A DNA stretch of 63,999 nt, counting the filler, from an uncultured bacterium (GTDB taxonomy: Bacteria; DAOPZR01), in assembly GCA_964637655.1 (NCBI GenBank). It is 16 parts of 16 records of this genome, joined end to end, with 100 filler letters (N's around TTAATTAATTAA, not from the genome) between each part and the next. Parts side by side here need not be neighbours in the genome. Positions count along the whole stretch, not along the records: positions 4,201 to 8,298 come from CAZWUZ010000313.1; positions 8,399 to 12,496 come from CAZWUZ010000314.1; positions 12,597 to 16,658 come from CAZWUZ010000315.1; positions 16,759 to 20,796 come from CAZWUZ010000316.1; 12 more parts are not named here. One strand, given 5' to 3'. The notes below the pieces were generated by a model. That model searched no databases. It was not told where the DNA came from and saw only the letters and a list, made by a program, of their open reading frames with translations. This document shows, one piece after another, positions 7,284 through 18,147 of this stretch. Position 1 is the first letter of the stretch, and each line of letters begins with the position of its first letter. The position numbers and the translations under genes are program-made.

Positions 7284-8298
7284 ATGAATGAAAAACGGCA
7301 AACGATAAGTGACGACGTGACGCTGGCCGGGCCGGGCGCGGGGCGTCGTGCGGAGCTTGCGCCGGGCGCGCGGCTGGGGCGGTATGAGATCGTGCGGCTG
7401 CTGGGGCGCGGCGGCATGGGGCAGGTGTACCTGGCGCGGCACGGGCTGCAGAAGACCCTGCATGCGTTGAAGATCCTGCCGGCCGAGTTTTCGGGAAGGC
7501 CGGGCTTCGTGGATCGGTTCCGCACGGAGCTGCAGACCATGGCGCGGTTGCAGCACCCGAATATCGTGCATGTCACGCATTCCGACGAGGAGAACGGGCG
7601 CTACTATCTGGTGATGGATTTTGTCGCGGCGGACGGGACGGGGGAGCCGTACGACCTGGAGGAGGCGCTGGCGGTGGAGGGGCGTCTCGCGCCGGAGACG
7701 GTGCGGCGGCTGATGCTCGGGCTCTGCGACGGCCTTTGCCATGCGCACGGGCATGGCGTGGTCCACCGCGACCTGAAGCCCGCGAACGTGCTGCTGACCT
7801 CGAAGGACTTGTCCGCCGCGGATGCGAGGATCTGCGACTTCGGGCTGGCGCGTGTGGTCGGCGAGGAGCAGGTGCGCACGCTGGTGGCGCAGAGCATGCA
7901 GCGGTCGCTGAGTTTGGGCGAGAAGAGCACCTTTGTCGAGAAACGGCGCGAGGAGCGCAGCAGCACGGGGTCGGTGCTGGGGACCTACGGCTACATGAGC
8001 CCGGAGCAGGAGGAAGGCAAACCGGCTGACGGGCGCAGCGACCTTTACGCGCTTGGTGTGATGATGTACCGGATGATCACGGGCCAGCGGCTGCGTGGGA
8101 TGGCCAAACCCGCATCGCAGGTGGTGGAGGGTCTTGATCCGGCATGGGACGCGGTCATCGGCAGGTGCCTGGAGAATGATCCGGAGGCGCGGTGGCAGGC
8201 GGCGGGGGAACTGAAGGCGGCGCTTAGGAGAATAGGGGAGGGAAGTCAGAAGTCAGGAGTCAGAAGTCAGAAGAAGCGGGCGCTCGGGTTGGCTGCGG
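7284..8298 (+). CDS. Hanks-type Ser/Thr protein kinase (3' truncated by contig end)
   Basis: LGRGGMGQVY, HALK, HPNIV, HRDLKPANVL, DFGLAR, GTYGYMSPEQ, SDLYALG. Confidence 0.95.
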
Positions 8299-8398
8299 NN
8301 NNNNNNNNNNNNNNNNNNNNNNNNNNNNNNNNNNNNNNNNNNTTAATTAATTAANNNNNNNNNNNNNNNNNNNNNNNNNNNNNNNNNNNNNNNNNNNN

Positions 8399-9356
8399 TG
8401 CGCGCCTGCATGATGTCATGGATTTGCAACAGTCCGACCGGCCGCTGTTCCTCTTCCACCACCAGCAGCGAGGTGATCTTGTGCTCGCTCATCTCCGCCA
8501 GCGCCGCCGCCGCCAGCGCCTGCGGCGCCAGCGTGCGCGGGTTGTGCGTCTGCAGCATGGCCGCGGTCAGCTCGCGCACGTCCGTATGCCGCTCCAGCAG
8601 CCGCCGCAGGTCGCCGTCAGTGATGATGCCCGTCAGCACCCCCCGCGCGTCGGTCACCGCCGTGCAGCCGAGCCGTTTTTCCGTCATCGCGCACAGCACG
8701 CGGGTGAAATCATCCGTCTCGCGCACCACCGGCAGCGCGTCACCGGTATGCATCAGGTCCGCGACCTGCACCAGCAGCTGCCGCCCGAGCGCCCCCCCGG
8801 GATGCAGCGCGGCAAAATCCTCGCGCGAAAACGCGCGGCGCGACAGCACCGCCATCGCCAGCGCGTCCGCCATCGCCAGCGCGGCCGTGGTCGAGGTGGT
8901 CGGGGCCAGTCCCAGCGGGCACGCCTCCTCCCCCACCCCGATATCGACGAACACGTCGCTGTGTTTCCCCAGCGTCGACTCGCGCCGCCCGCACAACGCG
9001 ATGACCGGCACCTGCAAACGCCGCAATGCCGGCAGCAGCAGTTTCAATTCGTCTGTTTCCCCGCTCGTCGACAGCGCGATGACCGTATCGCCGCGCGTCA
9101 CCATGCCAAGGTCGCCGTGACTCCCCTCGGCCGGATGCAAAAAGATGGCCGGGGTGCCCGTACTCGCCAGCGTCGCCGCCAGCTTCCGCGCTATCGCGCC
9201 CGACTTGCCCATGCCCGAAACCACCACCCGGCCGCGGCCGGTGACGATCAGGTCAACCGCGCGCAGAAACTCCGCATCCAGTCGCGCCCGCAGGGCGCCA
9301 ACCGCCTGCGCCGCCAGGTCCAGTGTCCGCTGTGCCGCCGCCAGGGTCGCGTCCAT
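8399..9356 (-). CDS. kdsD: Arabinose-5-phosphate isomerase, KpsF/GutQ family (last few codons lost at contig end)
   Basis: SIS domain GMGKSG, ASTGTPA, HGDLG, EACPLGLAPTTS, HPGG, followed by a CBS pair. Confidence 0.95.
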
Positions 9357-10189
9357 TACCAGCCCCCCTCCGCGCGCGCCCGCTGCATGATCTGCAGCAG
9401 CCGCAGCAGTTCGCCGAGGCGCGCCAGCGGCAGCATGTTCGGCCCGTCGCTCAGCGCCGTGGCCGGATCGGGGTGCGTCTCGAGGTAGATCCCGTCCGCA
9501 CCCGCCGCCAGCGCGGCCCGCACCAGCGGCAGAATGTACTGCGGGGCGCCACCCGACTTGTCCCCCTGCCCGCCCGGCGTCTGCACGCTGTGCGTCCCAT
9601 CGAACAGCACGGGCAGACCATGCGCGCGGATGGCAGTGAACGCGCGCATATCCACCACCCAGTTGTGGTAGCCGAACGCCGTGCCGCGCTCGGTGATGCA
9701 GACGCGGTCATTGCCCGCCGCACGCACCTTCTCCGCGGCATGCACGATATCTTCAGGCGCCAGCCACTGCCCCTTCTTGATGTTCACCGCTTTGCCCGTC
9801 GCCGCCGCCGCCAGCAGCAGGTCCGTCTGCCGGCAGAGGAAGGCGGGAATCTGCAGCAGGTCAGCCACTGCCGCCACCGGCGCCGCCTGCTCCGGCAGAT
9901 GCACATCAACCACCAGCGGCGCCCCGGTTTCCTGTTTCAGGTCCGCGAGCAGGCGCAGCCCCTCGTCGAGCCCGGGGCCCCGATACGCGCCGCGCGCGGT
10001 GCGGTTGGCCTTGTCGAAGGAGGCCTTCATGATGTAGGGGATGCCGGCCGCCGCCGCCTGCTCCGCCACGGTCAGCACCGTCTCGCGCTGAATGGCCGCG
10101 CTCTCGATCACACAGGGCCCCGCCAGCAGCACCGGCACCGCCCCGCCGATGGTGACGTTCCCGACCTGTACCGTCCGCACGTCGCTCAT
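9356..10189 (-). CDS. kdsA: KDO-8-phosphate synthase
   Basis: AGPCVIES, KASFDKANRT, QIPAFLCRQTDL, NIKKGQ, ERGTAFGY, DGTHSVQ, ETHPDP, SDGPN. Start MSDVRT. Confidence 0.95.
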   Translation of the reverse strand: MSDVRTVQVGNVTIGGAVPVLLAGPCVIESAAIQRETVLTVAEQAAAAGIPYIMKASFDKANRTARGAYRGPGLDEGLRLLADLKQETGAPLVVDVHLPEQAAPVAAVADLLQIPAFLCRQTDLLLAAAATGKAVNIKKGQWLAPEDIVHAAEKVRAAGNDRVCITERGTAFGYHNWVVDMRAFTAIRAHGLPVLFDGTHSVQTPGGQGDKSGGAPQYILPLVRAALAAGADGIYLETHPDPATALSDGPNMLPLARLGELLRLLQIMQRARAEGGW

Positions 10190-10190
10190 G

Positions 10191-11405
10191 TCAATGGTTG
10201 CCCCCAGCAAAGATATTTTCCTGCGGGTTGGCGTGCAGGCGCGCGGCGACCGCCGCGAGATCCTCCGGCGTGTCCACCCCGAGCGGCTCGCCGGCCACCG
10301 TCGCCACGCGCAGGCGCCCGCCCGCCGCCAGCCAGCGCAACTGCTCCAGTTTCTCGCGTTCTTCGAGGTCTGCCGCCGGCAGCGCCGCCCAGCGCGCCAG
10401 CGCGTCACGCCGGTAGACATAGATGCCCAGGTGCCGCCGGTACTGCGGCGCCATAGTCAACGGGGCGCGATGGAACGGAATCGCTGCGCGCGAAAAGTAA
10501 AGCGCATAGCCGCGGTCGTCGCAGACCACCTTGACCACGTTGGGGTTGTCCGCGTCAGCCGGAGCCAGCGGCACCGCCGCCGTCGCCACCTCGCCGTACG
10601 GGTCGTCGCGCAGCGCCTGCACCGCGCCGGCCACCGCCGACCCGGCAAGCAGGGGTTCGTCCCCCTGCACATTCACGATGATTTCCTCGTCACGCGTAGC
10701 CGCCACGCGTGCCGCGCGGTCAGTGCCCGACGCGCAGTCGCCCGTCAGCACCGCCTCGCCGCCGAAGGCGCGCACCGCGTCAGCGATGCGCTCGTCGTCG
10801 GTCGCCACCACCACCGCGCTGACGTTGGGCGCGGCCGCCGCCTGCCGGTAGACCCACTCGATCATCGGGTGGCCGGCAAGCAGCGCCAGCGGCTTGCCGG
10901 GAAACCGGGTCGACGCGTAGCGCGCCGGGATCACCGCCAGCACCCGCTCCGCCTGCGCCCGTTTGAGCATGTTCGTCGTCGAATAACCCGCCACGTAGGG
11001 GATGGCGCGCACCTCGCCGCCGCGCGCGCGCACGGTATCCGCGCCGACGATGGTGTCCGGGCTCCAGTCCCCGCCCTTGACCAGCACGTCGGGCTGTACC
11101 GCGGCAATCAATGCCGCCGGGGTCGCTTCCGCAAAGATAATGACATAATCGACGCAGGCGAGCGCGGCGAGCACCGCCGCGCGGTCATGTTCACTGTTGA
11201 CGGGCCGGCCCGGCCCCTTGCCCAGCATGCGCACCGAGGCGTCGCTGTTGAGCCCGACAATGAGACACTCCCCGAGCGCGCGCGCCGCCTGCAGGCAGGC
11301 GACATGCCCCGCATGCAGCAGGTCGAAACAGCCGTTGGTGAAGACCACCTTCGCGGGCCGCCGCTGCGCGGCGAAGGCCGCCGCGGTAATGACTTTGCCG
11401 TTCAC
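10191..11405 (-). CDS. kdsB: Fusion of heptose-1-P adenylyltransferase (RfaE2) and CMP-Kdo synthetase (KdsB)
   Basis: N-terminal [40 protein letters not shown]; then [59 protein letters not shown]. One uninterrupted frame. Confidence 0.9.
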   Translation of the reverse strand: MNGKVITAAAFAAQRRPAKVVFTNGCFDLLHAGHVACLQAARALGECLIVGLNSDASVRMLGKGPGRPVNSEHDRAAVLAALACVDYVIIFAEATPAALIAAVQPDVLVKGGDWSPDTIVGADTVRARGGEVRAIPYVAGYSTTNMLKRAQAERVLAVIPARYASTRFPGKPLALLAGHPMIEWVYRQAAAAPNVSAVVVATDDERIADAVRAFGGEAVLTGDCASGTDRAARVAATRDEEIIVNVQGDEPLLAGSAVAGAVQALRDDPYGEVATAAVPLAPADADNPNVVKVVCDDRGYALYFSRAAIPFHRAPLTMAPQYRRHLGIYVYRRDALARWAALPAADLEEREKLEQLRWLAAGGRLRVATVAGEPLGVDTPEDLAAVAARLHANPQENIFAGGNH

Positions 11406-12382
11406 AGCACGCCCCGCAGTTCCGCCGGGCTCACCGTGGCTGCACCGAGTTTGCCGACGACGATCCCCGCCGCGTGGTTGGCGAGCATCGCCCCCGCGGC
11501 ATAGGAGGCACCCGCCGCCCGCGCCAGCGCCAGCACACTGATCACCGTGTCGCCAGCGCCCGTCACATCGAACACCTTGCGCGCCACCGTCGGCACCGTC
11601 AGCGGCCGCCGGCCGCGTTCGAGCAGCAGCATGCCGTCGGGCCCGCGCGTCACCAGCAGCGCCTCGAGTTTCAGCCGCCGCAGCACGCGTTCACCCGCCG
11701 CCAGTTGCGCGTCGTACGTGCGCAGCGCCTGCCCGACCCCGCCCGACAGTTCGTGCACGTTCGGGGTCATCACCCCCGCCCCGCCGTATTGCGCGAAGTG
11801 CTCGATCTTCGGGTCGACCAGCACGGTAATCCCGCGCCGTCGCGCCAGCCCGATGAGCGTGCGGATCAGTTCCCGGCTGAACACCCCCTTGCCGTAGTCG
11901 GAGAGCACCAGCGCCTGCGCCTGCGCCAGTTCCCGCTGCACCGTCGCCACAAACTTCGCGCGCAGTCCCGCGTCGAGCGGTGCCGTCACCTCGCGGTCCA
12001 CCCGCACCACCTGCTGCGACTGCGCGATGATGCGCAGTTTGCGCGTGGTCGGACGCGCCGGGTCGGTAAGCAGGCCGGCCGGTGACAGGCCGCGATCGGT
12101 GAGCAGGCCGCGCAACTCCTCGCCCGCCGGGTCCGTGCCGGTGACCCCGATGAGCAGCGGCACACCGCCAAGCGCGCGAATGTTCTCCGCGACGTTGGCC
12201 GCGCCGCCGAGCGCCAGCGACTCACCCTGCACCGCGACCACCGGGACCGGTGCCTCCTGCGAAATGCGCTGCACCGCCCCCCAGACATACGCGTCGAGGA
12301 TGAGGTCGCCCGCGACCAGCACCCGGGTGCCCGCCAGTTTGCCCGTCAGCGCCCGCAGCGCCGCGGTGGTCACTCTGCCCAT
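11402..12382 (-). CDS. rfaE1: D-glycero-beta-D-manno-heptose-7-phosphate kinase (RfaE1/HldA)
   Basis: [57 protein letters not shown]. Confidence 0.93.
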   Translation of the reverse strand: MGRVTTAALRALTGKLAGTRVLVAGDLILDAYVWGAVQRISQEAPVPVVAVQGESLALGGAANVAENIRALGGVPLLIGVTGTDPAGEELRGLLTDRGLSPAGLLTDPARPTTRKLRIIAQSQQVVRVDREVTAPLDAGLRAKFVATVQRELAQAQALVLSDYGKGVFSRELIRTLIGLARRRGITVLVDPKIEHFAQYGGAGVMTPNVHELSGGVGQALRTYDAQLAAGERVLRRLKLEALLVTRGPDGMLLLERGRRPLTVPTVARKVFDVTGAGDTVISVLALARAAGASYAAGAMLANHAAGIVVGKLGAATVSPAELRGVL

Positions 12383-12394
12383 GGTCCGCTCTCC

Positions 12395-12496
12395 TCAGCC
12401 GTACAAATCCTCTTCCACCAGGTGGCACAACGCGTGAATCAGCGCGATATGCCCGACCTGCACGTGCGGGGTCCCCGCCACCGGCACGCCCAGCGC
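12395..12496 (-). CDS. gmhA: Phosphoheptose isomerase C-terminal fragment
   Basis: Hand translation ...VPVAGTPHVQVGHIALIHALCHLVEEDLYG* resembles the GmhA TxxIQExH...HxLC motif; sits upstream of rfaE1. Confidence 0.7.
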   Translation of the reverse strand, partial: ALGVPVAGTPHVQVGHIALIHALCHLVEEDLYG

Positions 12497-12596
12497 NNNN
12501 NNNNNNNNNNNNNNNNNNNNNNNNNNNNNNNNNNNNNNNNTTAATTAATTAANNNNNNNNNNNNNNNNNNNNNNNNNNNNNNNNNNNNNNNNNNNN

Positions 12597-12757
12597 ACCA
12601 TCGTGACCGCGGCCGCGATCTTGGTGGCGTATACCGCCAGCCATAGGGTTGCCGCCAGCCACCCGTAGGCGATGACCGCGAGCGCAATCAGTCCGTAGCG
12701 GGTACGGCGCCGGGTGCGGTGCGCGGCGCGCCAGCGGGTCAGCAGCAGATTGTTCAC
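12597..12757 (-). CDS. Membrane protein, N-terminal fragment (ABC permease-like)
   Basis: Overlaps the ATPase stop (GTGA); basic N-terminus followed by a TM helix. Confidence 0.5.
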
Positions 12758-13689
12758 TGCACTTCGCCCTTCGTCAGGCGCAGGAAGGCGTTTTCCAGCG
12801 TTCCGTCGCTGAGTTGGAATTCCGTGATGTCGAGCCCCGCCCCGATGAGCGTGACGAGCACGCTGTTCACCTGCTGCGGGTCACCCTGCCACTGCGCGCG
12901 GATAACGTCGCCGTCAAGGCGCGCGTCAGCAATGCCGTCAATCCCCTGCAGCACCTGCAGGCAGCGCTCAGCGTCTGCCTTGGGCGCGATGCGCAGCTCC
13001 GGATGCGGCTGCACCGCGCGCACGAGGTCGGCCGTGGGTCCCGCCGTCACCAGTGTTCCCTTCTCGACGATGACAATCGACGTGCAGATGTCCGCCAGTT
13101 CCGTCAGAATATGCGAGGAGATGAGCACGGTCTTGCCGTGCGCGGCAAGGGTGCGGATACTGTCGCGCAATTCGATGCGCGCGCGCGCGTCCAGCCCGCT
13201 CGCCGGCTCGTCGAGGATGAGCACCTGCGGGTCGTGGATGAGCGCGCGGGCGAGTGACAGCCGCTGCTGCATACCGCGCGACAGGGCGCTGGTCAGCGTC
13301 TGCTTCTTCTCCGTCAGATCGACCAGGTGCAGCAATTCGTCGGCGGTGCTGCGCACCTGCGCCGCGGGGAGCCCGTAGGCGGCCCCGATAAACTGCAGGT
13401 AGTCGTCGACCGTGAGGTTCTGCCAGAGCGGCAGCCGGTCGGGCATGAAGCCGATGCGGCGGCGTACTTCCTGCGGGGCGCTGCGGATGTCATGCCCGCA
13501 GACGGTGGCGGTGCCGGCGCTGGGCGACAGCAGCGTGGCGAGCATGCGAAAGGTGGTCGTCTTCCCCGCGCCGTTGGCACCGACGAAGCCGCAGATTTCG
13601 CCGGCGGGAATGCTGAAGGTGAGATGGTCCACGGCAACGGTCGCGCCGAAGGTGCGATGCAGCTCCTTGAGTTCAACAGCGGTGGTCAT
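12754..13689 (-). CDS. ABC-2 type transporter ATP-binding protein
   Basis: GANGAGKTT, LSRGMQQR, LILDEPASGLD, ISSH, LENAF. Start MTTAVELKE. Confidence 0.93.
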   Translation of the reverse strand: MTTAVELKELHRTFGATVAVDHLTFSIPAGEICGFVGANGAGKTTTFRMLATLLSPSAGTATVCGHDIRSAPQEVRRRIGFMPDRLPLWQNLTVDDYLQFIGAAYGLPAAQVRSTADELLHLVDLTEKKQTLTSALSRGMQQRLSLARALIHDPQVLILDEPASGLDARARIELRDSIRTLAAHGKTVLISSHILTELADICTSIVIVEKGTLVTAGPTADLVRAVQPHPELRIAPKADAERCLQVLQGIDGIADARLDGDVIRAQWQGDPQQVNSVLVTLIGAGLDITEFQLSDGTLENAFLRLTKGEVQ

Positions 13690-13691
13690 GG

Positions 13692-14399
13692 TCAGTTCTC
13701 CGGCGTGGCAGCAAAGATGGTGTCCGGGCAGGTGCGCACAGCATAACGATACACCAGCCAGGCGAGCAGCAGCGGAAAGGCCCAGAACAGCGGTGCGGTG
13801 GAATGGTCCGGCAGGAAGTTTGTCCGCCGCAGGGCATTGGTCAGATCGAGGTACACCAACGCGAATAGGGCGTACTGCCCGTAGCCAAGCAGCAATGCGC
13901 CAATCAGCGTCCGCTGCAGCAGCGTGGCGCTGAGCACACACAACACGGCCAGCCCGAGGAGACAGCAACGGCCGGTGACATACAACGTCATCACCTGCAC
14001 CGGGGTGACAAGTGCCATCGCGGCATCTTCGCACAGATAGACGCCGGGCAGTGCGGCGACGAGCAGGCCGTACAGGATGAACGCCGGGAGGAGTGACCGG
14101 CACAGCAGCAGGAAGAACACCCGGCGCAGGGAAAGGCCGGTCAGGACGAGGTCGTCGAAGTTGCCCGCCGTTCGCGCGGCGTGTAGTGCGACAATCGCCG
14201 CCCCGGGCAGGAGCACGGCAAGCCACAGCAGCACATCGGCGATTGCCGTGAACCAGTAGAACGGCGTACCGGTGCTGCTCGCGCGGTAAAACAGCACGGC
14301 CAGCGCGACAACAACCAGAGCACTCCATGCCAGCCACAGCCGTTGCGGACGGGAATGACCCTGTTGCCGGCAGACGCAAGCAGCATGGACGAGAGACAT
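13692..14399 (-). CDS. ABC-2 permease-like membrane protein
   Basis: Several TM segments; GNFDDLVLTGLS motif; in an operon with the ATPase. Confidence 0.6.
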   Translation of the reverse strand: MSLVHAACVCRQQGHSRPQRLWLAWSALVVVALAVLFYRASSTGTPFYWFTAIADVLLWLAVLLPGAAIVALHAARTAGNFDDLVLTGLSLRRVFFLLLCRSLLPAFILYGLLVAALPGVYLCEDAAMALVTPVQVMTLYVTGRCCLLGLAVLCVLSATLLQRTLIGALLLGYGQYALFALVYLDLTNALRRTNFLPDHSTAPLFWAFPLLLAWLVYRYAVRTCPDTIFAATPEN

Positions 14400-14400
14400 T

Positions 14401-15147
14401 TCAGTCTTCCTGCAGGCGGCGGTCAAGCGACGGCAGTCCCGCACGCCAGAGGGCATAACACCCCGCGAGTCCGGCACCGGCCCACAGAGACGGCGCGAAG
14501 GCGCCGGCAAGCGCAAGATACGGCAGTGAGAACGCATTGACGTGCCAGAGTTCGAACCGGCAGGAAAGCAGGGCGATGACGGCAAAGAGCAGGTAGGCGA
14601 GGCCGGTGGCGGCGAAACGCACGCGCGTCACCGACACTGCCAGCAGGCCGCAGAGCAGTCCGGCAGCCAGCATCATGAAGCGCGCCAGCAACGAGATGAG
14701 CCACTCGCCCGTTATGCTCTCCTGCAGCGGGTAGAGCAGGAACGGGAAGAGCGGCAGCAGTACGAGCAGTCCCGGCCAGAGACGGGACAACGCGATACCG
14801 TAGAGCATCTGCTGCGGCGGCAGCGGAGTGACGCGCACATCATGGATGGTGCCACGCCGCCATTCCTCGCAGATACCGCTGACCGTTGCCGAGGGCAGCA
14901 GCGCCGTGAGCAAGCCGAGGACGCCGTTAGCGATCCCGCATCCGGCCAGAGCGATGACCTTCATCGATTCATGGAAGATGCGCGTGTCGGGGTCGGGGAG
15001 ATAGCCGCCGGTTTCGAGCAGCAGATAGTCGCCAGCGGCAAGGTAGAGCAGCACGACAAACAGCACCCAGAACGCCGCCCCGATACGCTGCGTATGCAGC
15101 GCGCGACGCACGACGAGCCAGTACGGATTGTCAGTGATGATGTGCAT
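14401..15147 (-). CDS. ABC-2 permease-like membrane protein
   Basis: N-terminal NPY; EEWRRGTIHDVRVTPL motif; multiple TMs. Confidence 0.65.
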   Translation of the reverse strand: MHIITDNPYWLVVRRALHTQRIGAAFWVLFVVLLYLAAGDYLLLETGGYLPDPDTRIFHESMKVIALAGCGIANGVLGLLTALLPSATVSGICEEWRRGTIHDVRVTPLPPQQMLYGIALSRLWPGLLVLLPLFPFLLYPLQESITGEWLISLLARFMMLAAGLLCGLLAVSVTRVRFAATGLAYLLFAVIALLSCRFELWHVNAFSLPYLALAGAFAPSLWAGAGLAGCYALWRAGLPSLDRRLQED

Positions 15148-15154
15148 GTCCGGT

Positions 15155-16658
15155 TCAGGCGGAGGTGGCGGGTGCCGCCGTTGCAGCCGGCGGTTCCTGG
15201 TTCGCCTGCCAGAGGTACTGCCAGACCTGGTAGCGCTCCTCGATCTCGGTGCGCAGTTTCGTGTCCTCGCGCAGCGTGGCAACAAACGCGTCCACGGCGC
15301 CGGGCGAGAACTGCGTCCCCTTGTTCTTCACCAGCTCCGCGATGGCCACCTCGGTGGCGAGCGCGGCGCGGTAGGTGCGGTTGGAGGTCATGGCGTCGAA
15401 CGTGTCGCACACCGCGACCAGTTGCGCCATCGGGGCAATCGCTTCACCCGCGATGCGGTCGGGATACCCCTTGCCGTCCCAGCGCTCGTGGTGGTGGCGG
15501 ATGGCGGGGATGCACGGGCGGAAAAAGTCCATCTGCTCGAGGATGCGCGCCCCGATGGCGGGATGCTGGCGGATCTGTTCGAATTCCTCGTCCGACAGCC
15601 CGCGGTCCTTGCGGATAATGGCGTCATCGATTCCCATCTTGCCGATGTCATGCACCATGGCGCCGATATCGAGCCATTCGCGGTCCTTCTCGCTCAGCCC
15701 GAAACGCTCCGCCGATGCCAGCGCATACTGGCGCACACGGTCGGAATGCCCCTTGGTGTAGGCGTCCTTGGCGTCGAGCGCCGCCGAGATGGCGAGAATC
15801 GCCTCGAGGTAGGCCTTCTTGAGGTTGGCGAGCGTGCGGATGTTCTGCAGCGCCACCGCCCCCTGCGCGGTGAAGGTGAGCAGCAGCTGCATCAGCTGGC
15901 GGTTTTCCAGTTCGACGCGGTGCTCGCTGTAGAGGTTGAGCACGCCGATAACCTCGCTGGAGACGCGCAGCGGCAGCGTCGCCATCATCGGCTCGCGCAG
16001 GGTGTCGCGCAGCGCGGCGGGAAGTTTCAGCCGGTCGTGCTCGGTCAGTTCCGGCTGCACGAGCATCTCTGATGCCATCAGTGCGAAGTTCTCCGATTCG
16101 CGGTTCTCCGCCCACTGCGTGCTCCCCACGAAGTCGCGCAGCCCGGTGCTGGCCCCGGCCACCTTCAGTTCCTCGTCGAACTTGAGGATGACGAGCATGT
16201 GCTCGACCCCGGTGATGCCGGTAACCCGCTCCATCAGTTCGCGGGTGATGTCGTCGGTTTCCGTCGAGGTGCCGATATCGACGGTGAAATTGTAGAGCGT
16301 GTCGAGTTCCGCAACGATGCGCCCGAAGCGTTCCTTCTGCTCCTCCAGTTCGCGGTTGGTCGCGGTCAGGTCGTCCGCCAGTTTCGCCTTGCCCGTTTCT
16401 TCGAGCAGCGCCTCGCGCAGGTCGCCGATGAGGAAGCCGATGACCGGGAGCAGCGCCAGCTCGATGACCAGCACGAGGATATCACGCGCCGCCAGCGCTT
16501 CGCTGAACGCCAGCAGCGCCACGTAGGCGAACGTGAGCAGTGCGACGTAACTGAGCGCCCAGGTTCGCCCGCCCGACAAGCCGAACGTGAGCAGCGGGAG
16601 CAGTTGCAACGCGAAGAACGGCGACCCGATGCCGCCGGTAAGCAGCACGAGCAGTGTT
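15155..16658 (-). CDS. Membrane-anchored GAF + HD-GYP c-di-GMP phosphodiesterase (5' truncated)
   Basis: DAKDAYTKGHS, HDIGK, HHERWDGKGYP, DAMTSNRTYR, GTQF; GAF-like VIGVLNL; N-terminal TMs. Confidence 0.92.
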
Positions 16659-16793
16659 NNNNNNNNNNNNNNNNNNNNNNNNNNNNNNNNNNNNNNNNNN
16701 NNTTAATTAATTAANNNNNNNNNNNNNNNNNNNNNNNNNNNNNNNNNNNNNNNNNNNNACGCATAGGTGTCAATGTTCCTTTTGTTACATTTT

Positions 16794-17885
16794 TTATTGC
16801 GCCGTAGTGGTTTCTGCCAGGAGTTCCGTTTCAATATTTGTTATATTTTTATGTGCATCAAAGTATTGTGTTGCTCTATCCAGGCATTTGCGGGAATATG
16901 CCTGCCAGCAGGTGTCGTCAATCATCAGCTTTTCCAGCGCATCTGCCAGGGCGACAGGGTCATTTTCGGCAACCAGCAGGCCGGCATCCCCGACGATTTC
17001 CGGGATGGCGCCCGAAAGAGTCGAGACCACCGGGGTGCCGCACGCCATGCTCTGGATGTTCGCCATCCCCACCTGCTCCGCCCAGCCGCGCATGGTCAGT
17101 GACGGCACGCAGGTGATACGCGCACGGCGGAACAGTTCCGGCATCTCGCGGTTGGGCACTGTCCCGCGCATTTCGATGGCCGATTCCAGCCCCTGTGCGC
17201 GGAACCGCTCGATTTCGCCACGCAGCGGACCATCCCCGGCAAACAGCAGCCGCACCTGCGGCAACTGCTGACGCACCTGCGCGAAGGCCGCCAGCAGCGG
17301 GCGTAGCCCCTTCTCCTCTTCCAGTCGCCCGACGAAAAGTATCAGCGGTTCACGCGCCGCGCTGCCGGGCGAAAACTCCTCCGTGTCCACGCCCCAGGTC
17401 CCGTACAGACGCCTTCTCACCTTTGCCTCCGGCACCCCGCCCGCCGCCAGGATGTCCGCCGCCCCGGCATTCACCGCGTAGATAAAGCGCGCTTTGGCCG
17501 CATACCATCTCAGGTAGCGTTGCATCAGCATCCCGCCGATGGTGCCGAACTTGACATGCAGCGGGCGGTTTTCGAGCATGGGAAAATAGAGGGGCGTTCC
17601 CTCTGCCGCGAGGCGGGCGGTGGCGCGGCAGACCGGCAGCGAGACGGGAAACCATGCCGGTTCGCACCCCTGCACGAGGTCGGGGCGCAGCGCGCGCAGT
17701 TTCGCATACAAGTCACCCGCACCGCGATAGCGGTGCTCGCGCCCGTGCCAGTCGGCGTCGGCGACATCCCCCGCGACGTCCGCATAGAAATGATGCACGT
17801 CCAGCCGCGTAAAAAACCGCAGCGGGTCGTGCAGATCGCGTCGCAGCAGCGGGCTGACGATGGCGAGCACCGGCTTTCGGGTCAT
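16794..17885 (-). CDS. GT4-family glycosyltransferase
   Basis: LFVGRLEEEKG, EQVGMANIQSMACGTPVV, GAIPEIV. TTGACC-17-TAGAAT promoter ends 6 nt before the ATG. Confidence 0.88.
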   Translation of the reverse strand: MTRKPVLAIVSPLLRRDLHDPLRFFTRLDVHHFYADVAGDVADADWHGREHRYRGAGDLYAKLRALRPDLVQGCEPAWFPVSLPVCRATARLAAEGTPLYFPMLENRPLHVKFGTIGGMLMQRYLRWYAAKARFIYAVNAGAADILAAGGVPEAKVRRRLYGTWGVDTEEFSPGSAAREPLILFVGRLEEEKGLRPLLAAFAQVRQQLPQVRLLFAGDGPLRGEIERFRAQGLESAIEMRGTVPNREMPELFRRARITCVPSLTMRGWAEQVGMANIQSMACGTPVVSTLSGAIPEIVGDAGLLVAENDPVALADALEKLMIDDTCWQAYSRKCLDRATQYFDAHKNITNIETELLAETTTAQ

Positions 17886-17968
17886 GCGGTGATTCTACCG
17901 CGCCACGCACGCACGGTCAACTCTCCGCCTGTTGCCGCCGCTGCGACATTCGGGTATAATGAGCTGTC

Positions 17969-18121
17969 TGTAGCTGTTCAGCTGTTTCCATGTTTTCCTC
18001 TCCCGACGGGAGAGGAAGCCGCGAAGCGGCCGAGGGCGGATACGGCGAACGGATCCCCTCACCCGACGCTGCGCGTCGCCCTCTCCCAAAGGAGAGGGGA
18101 CTGACCGGCTGAACAGCTGCA
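17969..18121. repeat. Nested palindromic REP/MITE-like element in the aldolase 5' leader
   Basis: Outer inverted repeat TGTAGCTGTTCAGC/GCTGAACAGCTGCA; inner CCTCTCCCgacGGGAGAGG and CCCCTCACCC...CCCTCTCCcaaaGGAGAGGGG. Lies downstream of TTGCCG-17-TATAAT (17932-17960). Confidence 0.7.
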
Positions 18122-18147
18122 ATTGTCTGCAGATAAAGGAGAACACC

